From the NCBI GenBank assembly GCA_002269645.1, contig NIVC01002406.1:113398-177397 (forward strand): a DNA stretch of 64,000 nt, written 5' to 3'. The notes below the pieces were generated by a model that saw only the letters and a program-made list of their open reading frames with translations, was not told the DNA's origin and did no database searches. Numbering within the stretch: the first letter of the stretch is position 1; each line of letters begins with the position of its first letter. Position numbers and translations under genes: made by a program. This DNA is from Macrostomum lignano. Its lineage: Eukaryota. Positions 47,586 through 60,378 of this stretch are shown here, in pieces.

Positions 47586-49266
47586 CCGCGCAAGCGCCAC
47601 CTCTCCGCCGTCAATGGCGATGACGCTGTGCCATCTTCGGCTGCCACAGCGCTGAAGGAGTCGGGTAATGTGCCAGTCTCTGCTCAGCAGCGGCAAAAAA
47701 AAACTGTTGCCGGACGCAAGCGTCTGTCACAGGCGTCGGGAAACCGACGGCAGTCCATCTCCGTGAGCAGCGCCTGCGATGACAATCGCTGTCTGTTGTG
47801 CTGGCAGGCGCCGCTGCCAGAAAAGGCAGATCTCAGCTGGCTGGACTTGCGCTGCGACTCCGCCTCGTCTGTGGCTGCCCACTATAAGTGTATGCTGTTC
47901 GCCAGCGCTCTGCCCCAGCTCGCTGATCCTGATGATGAGGTTCAGCCTCCAAACTCGCTGGCCGGATTTGAATTGACCAGTCTGGAGCGCGAGGCTCGCA
48001 GGGGTCAGCGGCTCCGCTGCAGCCACTGTAGGCGCTGCGGTGCCACTGCCGGTTGCCAGGAGCCCCGCTGCTCACGCGGCTATCACCTGCCCTGCGCTAA
48101 GCATGCCGGGGCGCTGCTCATTCACGCCGGCTCCTTCGCTCTTCACTGCCCAGCGCATTGGCCACAGAAGCTTCTGGAAACCTTCAAGGAGCGGTGCACC
48201 ACGGTCCGCCTGCAGAGTCGGGAGCAGCCGGAAGCAGCATTGCCAGCTGATAACTCCGAGCCAGTGGAACTCTCCTGCCCAGTCTGCTTGGAGCCTCTTC
48301 TTCTAGAGGCTGCTGATGCCTATCGCAATGTCGTGTTCGGTCTCTGCTGTCGGAATTGTTTCTGCCACCGGTCCTGTGCTCAGGTGTGCTACCTTGCAAT
48401 TTTTGCTGCCTACATTTTGTATCTATGCCTGTTCGATTCCGTGCGGCCACGTTCATTTTCTGCTCTTGTGTGTCCGAATATTGGCTGGGGGTGCGGTTCA
48501 CCAATTCGGCTACAAACATTCACCATGGACAAATTCTGTGAAAGCAAATTTGGCGACAATAAAAGAAGAACAGTTTTGTATAATCCTATTAATTCAACCC
48601 ATTCAGTGATATTAGTCAATACATAAGTTAGACAGTTGCTATGCAAAAACACCAGAAATGAATCACTGCTTGATTTTCCAGTTGTTTCGCTCTCAGACGC
48701 GGTCAGCTTGCATTAGTTAGACAGTTGCTATGCCAAAACACCAGAAATAAAGCACTGAGAAATCCAATTTGCCAATCCCGCAGGCCTACGCCAACTCAGC
48801 CGGTAGTCACTTTATCAAGTGTCCCCTGTGCGCCAACACTGAGAAGTTCAGGGACGCCTTGCTGGATCAGGGCATCGAGATTCCGTGTCGCGATGCCAGT
48901 TGGGAGCTCGACGAAAACGCCTACGCGTCCCACCGCTACCGACCGCGCCTATGCAGCCACCCGGACTGTCCAGACCCGGAGGTGGACCATTACGGCGTGT
49001 GGCTGCTGAAAATCTGCTACGTGTGCGGCGCCGATGCTCGTCACGTGACCTGCGCTGGTATGAAAACTGGGCGCCACCGGTACTGCTGTCAGACCTGCAC
49101 CGCTGCCATCGGCCCCGCTGCCGGCTCTTCGCGCAGCCGCAGGCCGCACGCCGGTCCTAGCTCTGCCAGCTGCGGCCCCCCAGATCAAGGCGATGCTAGT
49201 TTCGATTCCGACGTCAGGGCGACTATGGCGGACGTGCTTGATGTTGTTGAGTCCAGTGACACCTGA
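47586..49266 (+). CDS. PHF7/G2E3/pineapple-eye-like ePHD-RING-PHD zinc-finger protein, no HECT domain; 5' coding exon not located
   Basis: Exons 47586-48383 and 48784-49266 (phase 0 join). ePHD: CLLC..HYKCMLFAS..CSHC..GATAGC..C..YHLPC..HCPAH. RING-like: CPVC..CC..HRSC..KCPLC. Family motif RDASWELDENAY, then a further PHD. Confidence 0.85.
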
Positions 49267-51225
49267 GTAGATTTCTGTTCACCTTGGTGCTTCAGTGCTT
49301 GGGGTTTGAGCTGCCAAGGTGTTTCCCTAACATTTTTAGCTTTGAGAACACTGAATCCTTATTTGGTTTTCAACGTGTTTAAGGTTCTCGGCTTTTTGCG
49401 GGTTTCGCTAAGCCAAATTGCGACTTCAATATTAATTGAACACGTTAATAAAACGTTCAGCGTTGATAATGTATTTTTATAGTCGAATCCCAGGTGCTTA
49501 ATTAAAGACCACACTATGATTGGCCACTTTACCTTGAGCATTTATTGCCTCATTAATGGGAGAAAATTGATTTAAGCATTGATCCGATACCGCAAGTAAT
49601 GTATCTGTTTAATAGTTTTGCTACTAATAGTTTAAGCAGTCCAGCATTTTAATTCAATACAATTGTCTTTGGCTATTTTCATCTGTATTTGCATCCAATG
49701 TTTATTTCTTCATTTATGCGTACTTGTGCTTATACGAGTGCTATGTTTTCTTTGTGGCTTTGATTTTGAACGGAAATGTACTGCTCAATTGCTCAATAAA
49801 ATGCTGAGCACCTTACATCAATCCCGTGAGTGTTGTGTTCAATTTCTACTTCTATAGCGAATTATTAGTTTTACTGTGCAAAAATTAGTTTCAACTTTTT
49901 TTATTTTAACCATCATTTAGTTCCTGGCAATTTCTAAAGTAATTATTTACTCAAATATATATAAGAAAACTTAAGTGCATGTTTTTTTTGACAACCAAAA
50001 TTTACTCTATTTTGCTATGTAGTTTTTGCTTTAAAACAATACCTCGCCCTCAATTCCGTTTATCATGCAGCAACTCTACTTATACTTGAATTAATACGAT
50101 CGGGAAAATATCCATGTGCAATTTGAATCTTTGAATATTGCACATGTCTCATCAACTGAAAGCAGTTTGGAGTCCATGCTTTCCTGTTGTACCACGCGCA
50201 GAGGTAGCTGGCACATGTTAGCACAAGGTTTAAGCTAGTGACTGAGAAATGTTTCTGATCACCAAGTCATGCCTACATTTTCTGCTGTTAGGGTGTGCGT
50301 GAACCGCCTCATTTTGAAGAGTTTGATCGGGTGGTGATCAGTCACCCGAAAACTCCCACTTCCAGACACTTAAGCCTGGGAACAAAATCAGTGATCACTT
50401 ACTGTTGCGGGCTCCTCTTCTTTGTCGCGCGTGTCTGTAGAGCTCGTCTCCGTATGTTCCTCCCGGGGTAATCTTGAAGTCTAAAATCGGCCGAAGGTGA
50501 GAGCGTAACAATTTAATCCGTCGACTTTTTTTATTCCTCGAATACGGAAATCAATATAGGCCTCGGATTCAGAAATCAATATCAACGATGCGCCCTAATA
50601 ACAAAAAATCAACTTCTATAACAATACGAGGTCCTCCAGAAAGGGCGTCTTCTTCTAGAACTAACGGAATCGGAGTCGTGTGCTCCTATCGGTTAATCTA
50701 GGATAATCCAAAATCAATAACTCGATAATCCTCTAAGGGTATCGGAATCGTCCGCAGATCCTATCCAATCCCTTAGGAAAAGGGGGGCCTCAAACTCAAT
50801 AGACTCAGTAAAATCAACTGAACAGTAACGGCCGGCAATGAATCGCTCTCAATTAATCCAAATAACAAAGGATCACCAATTGGTTTACTTCTCCCTCAGA
50901 GATGTAGCCTCGAGTAGCTTCTGCAGTAAGCTCAAGATGTTTGGAGGCTGCTCCGAGTCTGAGATTTTTTAGCTCAGATTTTGGCTTGTATTTATAGTAA
51001 AATTTCGTGAAAAACAGATTCTTTTTAGCAGGTGACAGTTTTGCGTTTTGGAAATTTGACCCCTATAGAATATATTAGGTTTGAGCCTCGATTACCATAT
51101 TCAGAGTTCTAAATTTAAATGTTGCAAAAGATGGTCATTTGTTGCTTTCGTGGTCTTAAAAATAGTGTGTGACAATTTGCAGTTTTTAGCATTCGAGTTT
51201 TTCGCATCTTTACGTCACTACTTAT

Positions 51226-51811
51226 CAGGGTTTTTTTTTTACCCCAATTAGTACCCCATGGGGTATTAGTCAACTGATTTGGGGTACTATTTTGCCCATT
51301 AATACCCCAGAATGGGGTACTATTTTTTCGACTTTAATTCAAACAAGTTAAGCTTTTTTCTAAAATTTGCTGTTCAATTAAAATTCTGACTGGGCTGGTA
51401 TGGGTCTTTGTACTAAGGTATATCCACTCGTGTGGTGAGTCAGACTGTCAGGCTAAAACTCTAAAAGTGAGAGAGGGTTGGAATTGGAAACTGATCTAAT
51501 TGGAATTAGATTTAGATTAGATTGCGATACTGCAACGCCATCTAATTTACTTGAAATTTCGAAATCTAGCTTGTTCAGCCTTCAACGAAAGACACAAGAA
51601 TGCAGTCAAACATTAGCAGCTGTGTTTTAACTCTAAATATAGTCTTGATTAAGTTATTTGACTGCGCCAGAATCAATTTTTATAAGAATTCAAGTAAACT
51701 ACAGAGGCAAAATTAGAAATTTCATGGGGTATTACTCCTCCAAAATGGGGTACTACTCAGAGGCTTGATACCCCAATTCGGGTACTAATCAATAGCGAAA
51801 AAAAAACACTG
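51226..51811. mobile_element. hAT MITE (586 bp)
   Basis: TIR cag(g/t)gttttttttt, subterminal ggggtact/taccccc-type motifs, perfect 8-bp TSD ctacttat (51218-51225, 51812-51819). TIR resembles nest level 1. Confidence 0.9.
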
Positions 51812-52439
51812 CTACTTATAGTATTTTACTTTGTAACCGTATTTGGAGATCTCTACAATTTGATCAGAATCAGGCACAATATTCAGGACATTATTAAGAT
51901 GAACATCGTGTCTAACTGCGACTGTTAGCTGGCTGAACAATACATCAACTGCACTGGATTCGCAACTGACTGACAAACAATAGCGCACGCAAACAGTGCT
52001 TAAGCTGAACAGGCATGTTTTACTACAGCGACAGCACTTTGATAGCCGGTTAATTGCGTTACTAAAGTTGCAATCTTGCTGATGAGCGTTATCTGTGCTT
52101 GCTAAATTATTTGCCGGGTTTCTGTGACATTTAATCATGAATACAGACTGACATTTTCAGGTCCTAAAAAAGCTGCTACTCAACTTTGTGTTTGTTCTTG
52201 GTGCAGAGCATGCTGCATGTATGGACATAAATATTAATATAATAATCTCTTTACAGCATACCTCTAGAAGTTATTGTGCTTTTTATAGAAATCATGCAGT
52301 AACAACAGACTTACACAAAAATTAGCTAGCAGTATGGGTAGATGCTAGCTGGTTTAGAATTTTATAAAGTATGTTGGATTTTAATATACACTCGTACAAG
52401 TGTACGTATAAAGATGCACTAAACATGTAGACACGAACT

Positions 52440-54010
52440 AGAGGCTTTCTCGCGAGGCGGAGGCTCTGGCGGCTGTCTACCTGCTGCAGCAACAGGCCGT
52501 GTTGACGACGTCATCCAGGCCGTCACCGCCGCTGGACCCGACGCCAAATGGCGCGTAGCCTGGTCCGCCATCAACTCTCTGACCGGGCGGAAGCGGCGCA
52601 TCTTGCTCAACCTGGCTGGCGACACTCTGATGAGCGCACAAATGAGCTGATCAAGTTCTTCGCCGCCATCGTCAACGCGCCGCCGCCCCCGCTGTCAAAC
52701 GATCTAAGGCTGCCGCCGGGGACACCGTTGCCGGCAGAGGAGAGTTTCAGTGTAGCAACAGTCAGCACAGCCTGAGGACTCCGGGCAGCAATATAAGCGC
52801 TGGGTCGAGGCGCTGCGACTCGAGGCGCTGCGACTCCACTGTGTGGCCAGCGAGGTCGCCAACGTGATGAATCGTGAGGTGAGGCGGCACCCAATTAATG
52901 GACCGCGGCGCACATCGTCGCTATTTTCGAAGAAGCCGTGCACCACACGGCTCGATCGAGGAGCACCGAGGTGTCTGGCTGCAGTCCTGCGCTGCGAAGC
53001 TGTTTAACCGAATGCTGCTATCGCGGTTGCAGCCCGTGCTTGATCCGTGTTTGCGGCCTGGGCAGAACGGGTTCCGGCCCCATCGCGGCGCGGTGGCGCA
53101 GATCCTGGCTCTTCGCCGAGTCATTAAGAAAGCGCGGATTCGCCTGTCGAGCCTGATTGCTCTCTTTATTGACTTCAGGAAGGCTTTCGACTCGGTAGTG
53201 AATGCTGCGCTCCCAGTGATGCTTCGTGCGTATAAGGTGCCAGAGCAGCTGATTTCCGCTGTCATAGCTCTTTATCACGGCACGAGCGCTTCTGTGATGC
53301 GCTTGCGCCGTTCCTGTTTGTTCTGGTGCTTGACTGGTTGCTGCGGACTGCTCTCCCTTCTAACGACGACGGCTTCCTACTGCAGCGGCGCGTGGGTCGA
53401 CGCCGACAGGAGAGGCGGCTCAGTGTGCTTGGCTACGCCAGCGAACTCGATACGCCCAGCTGTCCTCGACCGTCGAAGGCGCCCAGCGCCAGCTGGACCG
53501 GCTGGTAAGCGTTGCCGCGAGCGTCGGCCTGGTGGTCAACGCGCAGAAAACCGTCGTGCTCTGTGTGCCGGATGACATTGTGGCTGCTTTTTTCTGCCGA
53601 AGCGCTGACGGGCAGGTGAAGAGGCTTCCACACTGTCAGCAGTTCGTCTACCTCGGCGGTCTGGTGCCCGACGTTCGCAAGGATCTGCGACGTCGCCGTG
53701 GACTTGCCTAGACTGCCTTTTGTTCTGTGAGGGCAGTCCTGCAGTCCGAGGCCCTGCTTGACCGCCAGAGGGCGGCGTTGTTCCAGGCGGTGATCGAGAC
53801 CGTCCTGTTGTACAACGCCGAGACCTGGACGCTGACGGATTCGCTCGAACAGCAGGTCGATGCAGCGCCGCCTTCAAGATCGGCTACGAGCGAGTCACCG
53901 ATGCGGCACTCTATCACCGCACCGGCCTGTTCCTAGCGAACTGTTGCGCCGTCGGCGACTCCAGCTGGCAGGCCATTTCATCGAAGCCGAGTACTGCTCA
54001 CTGCTAACGC
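52440..54010 (+). pseudogene. Degraded, 5'-truncated non-LTR retrotransposon reverse transcriptase
   Basis: AAKLFNRMLL..QNGFRP..QILALRRVI..FIDFRKAFDSV, then PFLFVLVLDW and AVIETVLLYNAETWTL across shifted frames. The GVxQGD segment is missing, YADD reads YASE, and there are multiple frameshifts. Confidence 0.88.
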
Positions 54011-55496
54011 TGCAGGCGAGAAAACTGATCGAGGTAGCTTTAATCCGTTCAACCCTCGCACACCCGCTCCCCCCACTGCATTCCTCAACTCAAGTCTGCC
54101 GCGGCGTAGCTAAGTTGCGTCACTCGCAAAGATTGAGAGACTTTGCCTGCACTCTCAAAAGTGGCGACCACAGACGGAATCTTCTGTGGTGGCGACTTTT
54201 CGATGTTGCTGAGTATATTTTGTTGCGTTGTTGTTGTTGGTTGACTGTACCAATTATGAATGTAAATAAGCGTTAACCATTGAATATACAGATCTCAAAT
54301 CGAAAACCATTGGCAGTATGAATATCGTCAGCTAAAGTGTAAAAATTGTCGCCTCGCGTGTTTGACAGTCGCTCGATAGGTTGCGAAACGATTGTTGCTG
54401 GCCAAACCTAGCTACTATCACAGCGGCTCAGGCGTTAAAGGAAAAAAAGTCGAGCTGACTTACATGTATGCCGTACTTGATATTCCAATGCATTATAGTA
54501 GCGTACATGTATGCCGTACTTGATATTCCAATGCATTATAGTAGCGCACATGTATGCCTACAAGTCCAGCTGCCCATTCTCTTTCCCCCAACGCCTCTGG
54601 GCCGCGCCTGTCTTCGGTTATCAGATGCGTATCTCTCTGAGCGCAGCCTTTCTCGCTAATCCTGTTTGCTAATGCATCTCCGTGCTTCTGGCAATTCCTT
54701 TGCCATCAGCGTGCGGCATTCGCTGCTGCGGTTTTTTTTTGAGTCTTCAATCTTGTGAAGCATTTCCGTTTTTTGTATATTATTCATCCGTTCAATGCAT
54801 GCTCAATGGGAATTCTTGTGGCTTTGCGTTTTTATTGTAGTTTTGTAACTCACTATTACTGTAACCCCTTTATAGGCAAGTAGTCTATCTGGTTGTCTTG
54901 ATGCAAACTAAAAGGAATATAATGACTCTATTGATTGACTTTTTTGAAGATTCAGTTGAAGCAAAATCGTTTTTTACCCTTTTATTATCTGTAGCTACTT
55001 TTATACAATTTCTGGGTGTTTTTTGGATAGTTTCGAATGCTTCAGAAAGTTTCGGATTATGAGAAGCGAGAGAAGAGCTCAGATGAAGCTGGCTTAGCGC
55101 AGCTAAGAGCTTTGAGTCTCGGTTCCCATGCAAAGCGAAGACAGTCGCTGGGCTCGTTATTGGGATTTGGATTAATGAGGATAGCAGAAAAATGCATGCG
55201 TGAAGAAGTCGCCGAGTTTTTTTGAACGAGATGAAATTCGGTTTGGTGCCTATATTGAAACTCTTGCGCTTCTACCGGGCTCTGCTCACTAATAATCAGG
55301 TCTCAACTCAGAAAACTAGTTCATTAAAAGCAGGTACACCTAAATTTAAAAATGTCTTAAGCTTTATACTATATTTTTATACTAACCTCCGCTACTATGT
55401 GCCAATCGAAATTTTATACATGTAGTATTTGATGCAATCTAAGGATATATATCAAATTATGCACTGCAGTACATTTATTGACTCGTGTGCCTTTGC

Positions 55497-55700
55497 AGAG
55501 TCCGGTCTGATTGGCTTAGCGGTGTCACGTCTGACTCTTATTCGAAAGTCCCTGAGTTCGATCGGTTTCGCTCGTGAGGACAGTCGTTAGATACCAGCGT
55601 GAGACAACCCATTAGAATCAACCCCCAAGGTACAGAGTGTGTCCACTGCCTGATGAGGACCATTGTGCACCCTGTGTGCGTATCTGTGTGTGCTAATGGG
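55497..55700 (+). mobile_element. tRNA-derived SINE-like head
   Basis: A-box-like tggcttagcgg (55512-55522) and B-box-like gagttcgatc (55554-55563) at tRNA-like spacing; no complete cloverleaf. 3' limit uncertain. Confidence 0.5.
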
Positions 55701-56610
55701 TCAGAGGGACTCCTTGCTGCATGGCTTCGAAGACTGCGAATTGACTTTCCCGTCGGTCCCTAGGCTCACACCGATTTCATTCTGGAATAGCAAGGCTAAT
55801 TTTCTCCGCCAAGACGGAACTGGCTCCATCTGAGCGCACACACCAGCATGAAAACTCAACCGAGGCTCATTAAAGTTGGTTTGTTCAAAAAGCGCTGATC
55901 TGCAGGAAATTCCGTTAGCCAAGTTCGCCGCAAACTGCAAATATCGCTCGAACCTTTCCTGTCTTTTCGCATTCGCAAATAACCAAACGGCTGCCGAAAA
56001 AATCAAATCAAGGAACAACTTAACCTGCACAATCATCGAGTTGGGGGGCAATGTAACCCTCCAACTCACCACTAGTAACACCAGAAGGGCGAAAATGATG
56101 CCTTGTATACTTTTTTGTCTACATACTCACGTAAGTTCTTCCTAGTTTGTCAACACTTTTGTATCCAGCAGGCGAGCTATCTGAGACCAAGTAAATTCCA
56201 CATAAGTATATCCGTCCTGTTCGCGAGAAGAAAGTCGGGTTTTTTATGGCTATGTTTCAAACTCGGATTGACTAGGTTTACTAGATCAACTTCGAAACAC
56301 ATACGATTGCTCGAAATAAAACCATTATAAATTCAGTGTTAAACAGCTGAAAGGAGCAAGTCGGCCTTCAGAAAATTTTGCATGACTCGCAAACGCTCCA
56401 GCTGGTGCCTGTCAGAGTAATCCCGCAGCGCTAGAACTAGAGAAGAACCCAATCGCAGAGCGCATACTTTTGTGCAAGACCTCAGAACCAATGACAGACG
56501 CCCCACGAAGCTGCTGTCTGACTTCTTATTCTAAGCGGGCGAGCTCCAACGCCCCATGTCGGACTTTAGGCTGTACACAGAAGGCTGCTCAATAGCGCTC
56601 TCGCTCTCTC

Positions 56611-57132
56611 ATGGCCGAGCCCAGCACGGCCACCTGGCTGGCGGACGAGCATCAGCAGCAGCTGAAGTATCCCGCGCATCGGCGTGTCCTTTTCAGCGGA
56701 GCTGGACGGGACATTGGCGGCGGTGGCCACCACGGCGGCGACGGCTTCGCTCCGTTGGAGTTCAGTGCCGGCGGCTGGGACGCCAGCGAGATCGGCCTGC
56801 TGGTCATCGCCTGCCTGCTGCTCTGCACTGTCGCCCTGCTCACTCTGCTGTCGCTTGTCTTCTGCAGGAAACGCAACACTGTCTTTGTGGCGGACGGCGC
56901 CTTTCCCGGCGAAGTCGGAGCGACAGTTCGGCGCCTGGAGCGCGCCAAGGAGCAAGAGATGATCGAGCTGGACTCGGTGCTGGCCGGCCTCGCCGGTTGC
57001 AGCGACAGTGCAAGCGCTGAAGTCGAGGGCTTCGACAGCGAATCCGGGAGAGAAGATGAAGAGGACGACACGGTAACGGCAGCTGACGACAGATGGCTCC
57101 TGCGGGATGCTGAGCGTGCAAACAGAGTTTAG
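56611..57132 (+). CDS. Hypothetical single-pass membrane protein (173 aa, or last exon of a longer gene)
   Basis: GC-rich ORF. Hydrophobic IGLLVIACLLLCTVALLTLLSLVFC followed by basic RKR and an acidic tail. Acceptor-like ctttag just upstream (~56568); AATAAA at ~57182. Confidence 0.7.
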   Translation: MAEPSTATWLADEHQQQLKYPAHRRVLFSGAGRDIGGGGHHGGDGFAPLEFSAGGWDASEIGLLVIACLLLCTVALLTLLSLVFCRKRNTVFVADGAFPGEVGATVRRLERAKEQEMIELDSVLAGLAGCSDSASAEVEGFDSESGREDEEDDTVTAADDRWLLRDAERANRV

Positions 57133-59905
57133 CTGTGGAGCTTCTGCATTTTAATTCAATTATTGAGGCACTCGTGACCCTAATAAATGTTTATACTCAT
57201 CTTGTGATTACAATCAACTCATGGCAGATCCTGAGCAAGCTGTTCGAATGTATTTACCTGTCTTCGAAGTAGACTGCTCCAATTTTCAGGCTCTAGTCAA
57301 CTGAATGAATTGCAGGCTAAGGTAAAATTTCATCACTTGTACAGGCTTTTACTTTGGCCATCAGAATATTTATGACTTTATGGTTATTATCCATATTCAA
57401 CGAACAAAAAAAATTCTGAACTGCAATTTTAATCAGCTGCACCAGAAATAGATTAGAAGCATATTTCATATTTCAAAGCTATTTTTATCTTGATATTAAC
57501 TTAATATTTATATTTTCATAGCCATGGCTGAACTCACGGTAGCAACGCCAATAATTTATGATCCCCTTTTTCAGCCAGCCATGCGCTCGTCTGCCAGCAG
57601 GCCCTTTCAGCTGAGAATGCTACTGAATGCTCCGTGAGCTCTTGGTTGCCGCGAGCATTGAATTGAAATGAAGAAAAAATTCTAAATTTTTATTTAGTAA
57701 TACTAGGAATTATTTACTGTTAGTCGATTATTTACAATGAATTGCTTCACCCGAGAACCGCACAGAGTCTGCGGAGACGTGCAATGGTAGGTTTTAGCAG
57801 AACTGGAACTGAAATAGTATTAAATTAGAAAGAAAACTCTAATGTTAAATTCATACCAGTTTTTCTTTGAATTCAAACTGCGAATCGTTTCTCTGGAAAA
57901 ATAATTTTTTCATTGTATTCTAAAATTTTCTAAGAGATTTGACGGCTCAGTTTATTAGCTTAGTAATATTATGAAAGTGAGCGGCAAATAGCAATGAGTT
58001 CGTATTGAGAACTTGACTGTCTTGTCTTGACAAATTAAAATGACAATTCGGTGTAATTATATATTAGTTAGGAATTTAAAAGAAATCCGTCAAAGGGAAT
58101 TTTGCTAGCTGCGAACTTTTTGATTGATTGATCCTGGTTTTCAGTTGGGCATCGGGGTTTTGGACCCAGGATGCCCATTGGGGCACTGCGGTTCTGACGA
58201 AAAACCCAGTTGGCCAACACCCTTCCTGCTAGACTCAAATGTTGACTTATGTATCAAGCATGTCTTAAGTTAGAAATTGTTCTGGAAGAAGCAGAAGCAG
58301 AGCTCCATTGCAAAATGCTTGCAAATCCTATCTGATCTCTTTGATGCATCGTTCTAAAACGCTAATTTCTAGACCTACAGTGTATGGCACAGTTTATGGT
58401 AAAAACCTACTTACCGTTGAGAAAATCAGTTAGGACTTAGGAGAACATAATTGAGCGAGTATCACCATAAACTTGCTATCAGCCAAATGTTTCTTTGCAA
58501 TTTTTAGGAGTTTTACCAAAGAAATGTACGGAGATGGAGTTTTTTGTTTTTAAGCACAAATTTTGTACATGTACTTGCTTTTAATACAAGGCTGACGCAA
58601 TGTTCATCTTTTGATATGACAATCCCTTCTTACAGCTCTATTGATATTTGTAGAGCTTTTTTAGGAAATTATACAGGATTCTATGTTCATTTCATATCCT
58701 AAGTACATGTCCGGTGCCTACAAGTCATACAAAACTTACATGCACAACTAATTGATTTATTCGTTTAATGAATCTTTTTGTCATGCTTAGCTAATAATAA
58801 CAAAAAAATTTCATTGTCTACACTCAGTAGTGAGCCTTCGTTAACGTAGAATAAAAGGCTTTAATTATATTAATGTATAGCTAATATACATGTAGGCCAT
58901 GCTTCTGAAAAAGCCTAGCCTAGTCAATATTCTGTTATTTGTCCGAATGTTTGAACAGTTGAAGCTAAAAATGAGTTTTGTTACACAGTCAATAAACTAA
59001 GCATGATAAAAACTTCATACTTCATACTTCGTACTTCATACTCGTACTTCGGAGTAAAACGAATGAATCAAGTTGTGTCAGGTTTGCATGATGTTTAGGC
59101 ACACGACATACGCATATAAGATATAAAATTGTCACATAAACCTAATTCCCCCGTCATGTATTTTTTCAGTAAAACCGCGGCCTCCCTAAATTTTCCTAGA
59201 AACGTAGTCTCCCGTCCTTCTATTTTAGTAGTCCTTGGTATGAATATTTTTACTCCAGCGCACGATTCAAACTCTTTGTCGAAAAAATAATAGCAATATA
59301 AAAGCTTACTTACTCCTGTGTCCACAGTAGAGTGCTCAGAGTTCCTTAATAAAATCGAAGCCCTACAGAATTAAATAGCGTATTTATATTGGAGTGCAGC
59401 AATGAGTGCAAAGATTATAAAAAATGAAGACAGCTCTATTGTGAGCAGCTCAAAGCATGGTGGGGCAGCCCAGTGTGGCGGGCTAGCGGACTGTTATTAA
59501 TGGAGTTTTGGGAAAATCGAGAGGAGATGCTGAATTCCTGTGCGCATGCTTTTAGCTGAGATTCTGCGCCCTTCCGCTCATTCTCATCCTCCTGCACAAA
59601 GGCAGAGCTGAAGGGCAGAGTTACCCAAAGCAGCGAAGAGGCTGCGGTTGAAGTCGCTGCCTGCCAGTTGGCGACAAAAACAGCCCCCAGAAACTATTCA
59701 AAGATTGCTTAATAGCTTAATAAGCTTTTGTAGGGCCGTTCTTTCCATTGCGAACATGAGTATTGCTCGAATCGAGGCATTGAGTTAACTATAGTACACC
59801 TTGAGATCTACAGTGTATATCAGCACAAGTGTGCACAAGTCGCTGGGTGAGCATTTATTGGAGCCGATCTTCTTCTGAGTTCGTTTTAAGAGTAATTTTG
59901 AAAAA

Positions 59906-60378
59906 CAGCTGATACACTGCGGGATGTTTAGTGGAAACCCACCGAATACTCTGCCATGGAAACTGGGTTTCCACAGCTGATGCACTGCGGGATGTTTAGT
60001 GGAAACCCACCGAATACTCTGCCATGGAAACTGGGTTTCCACAGCTGATGCACTGCGGGATGTTTAGTGGAAACCCACCGAATACTCTGCCATGGAAACT
60101 GGGTTTCCACAGCTGATGCACTGCGGGATGTTTAGTGGAAACCCACCGAATACTCTGCCATGGAAACTGGGTTTCCACAGCTGATGCACTGCGGAATGTT
60201 TAGTGGAAACCCACCGAATACTCTGCCATGGAAACTGGGTTTCCACAGCTGATGCACTGCGGAATGTTTAGTGGAAACACCGAATACTCTGCAGTGGAAA
60301 CTGGGTTTCCACAGCTGATGCACTGCGGAATGTTTAGTGGAAACCCACTGAATACTCTGCAGTGGAAACTGGGTTTCC
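59906..60378. repeat. 68-bp tandem array, 7 units, each with an 11-bp inverted repeat
   Basis: Units start at 59906, 59974, 60042, 60110, 60178, 60246 and 60312. Stem gtggaaaccca/tgggtttccac. Confidence 0.95.

Noticed and set aside
47103-48626. The 507-aa ORF as a complete protein
   Set aside because: The N-terminal 161 codons are satellite, and the end reads through a donor at 48384 into intron; the spliced model restores the RING and PHD.
50280-51175. Possible solo LTR on the minus strand (TATA-like and AATAAA-like motifs, tgtcac-type ends)
   Set aside because: No TG...CA pair with a matching TSD, and no PBS, PPT or second LTR found.
55701-56145. Overlapping ORFs on both strands
   Set aside because: No domain recognised, no splice support, and the coding strand cannot be determined.
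59906-60378. CRISPR-like look (GAAAC/GTTTC palindromes at regular spacing)
   Set aside because: The sequence between palindromes is itself repeated, so there are no unique spacers; no cas genes; eukaryotic context.
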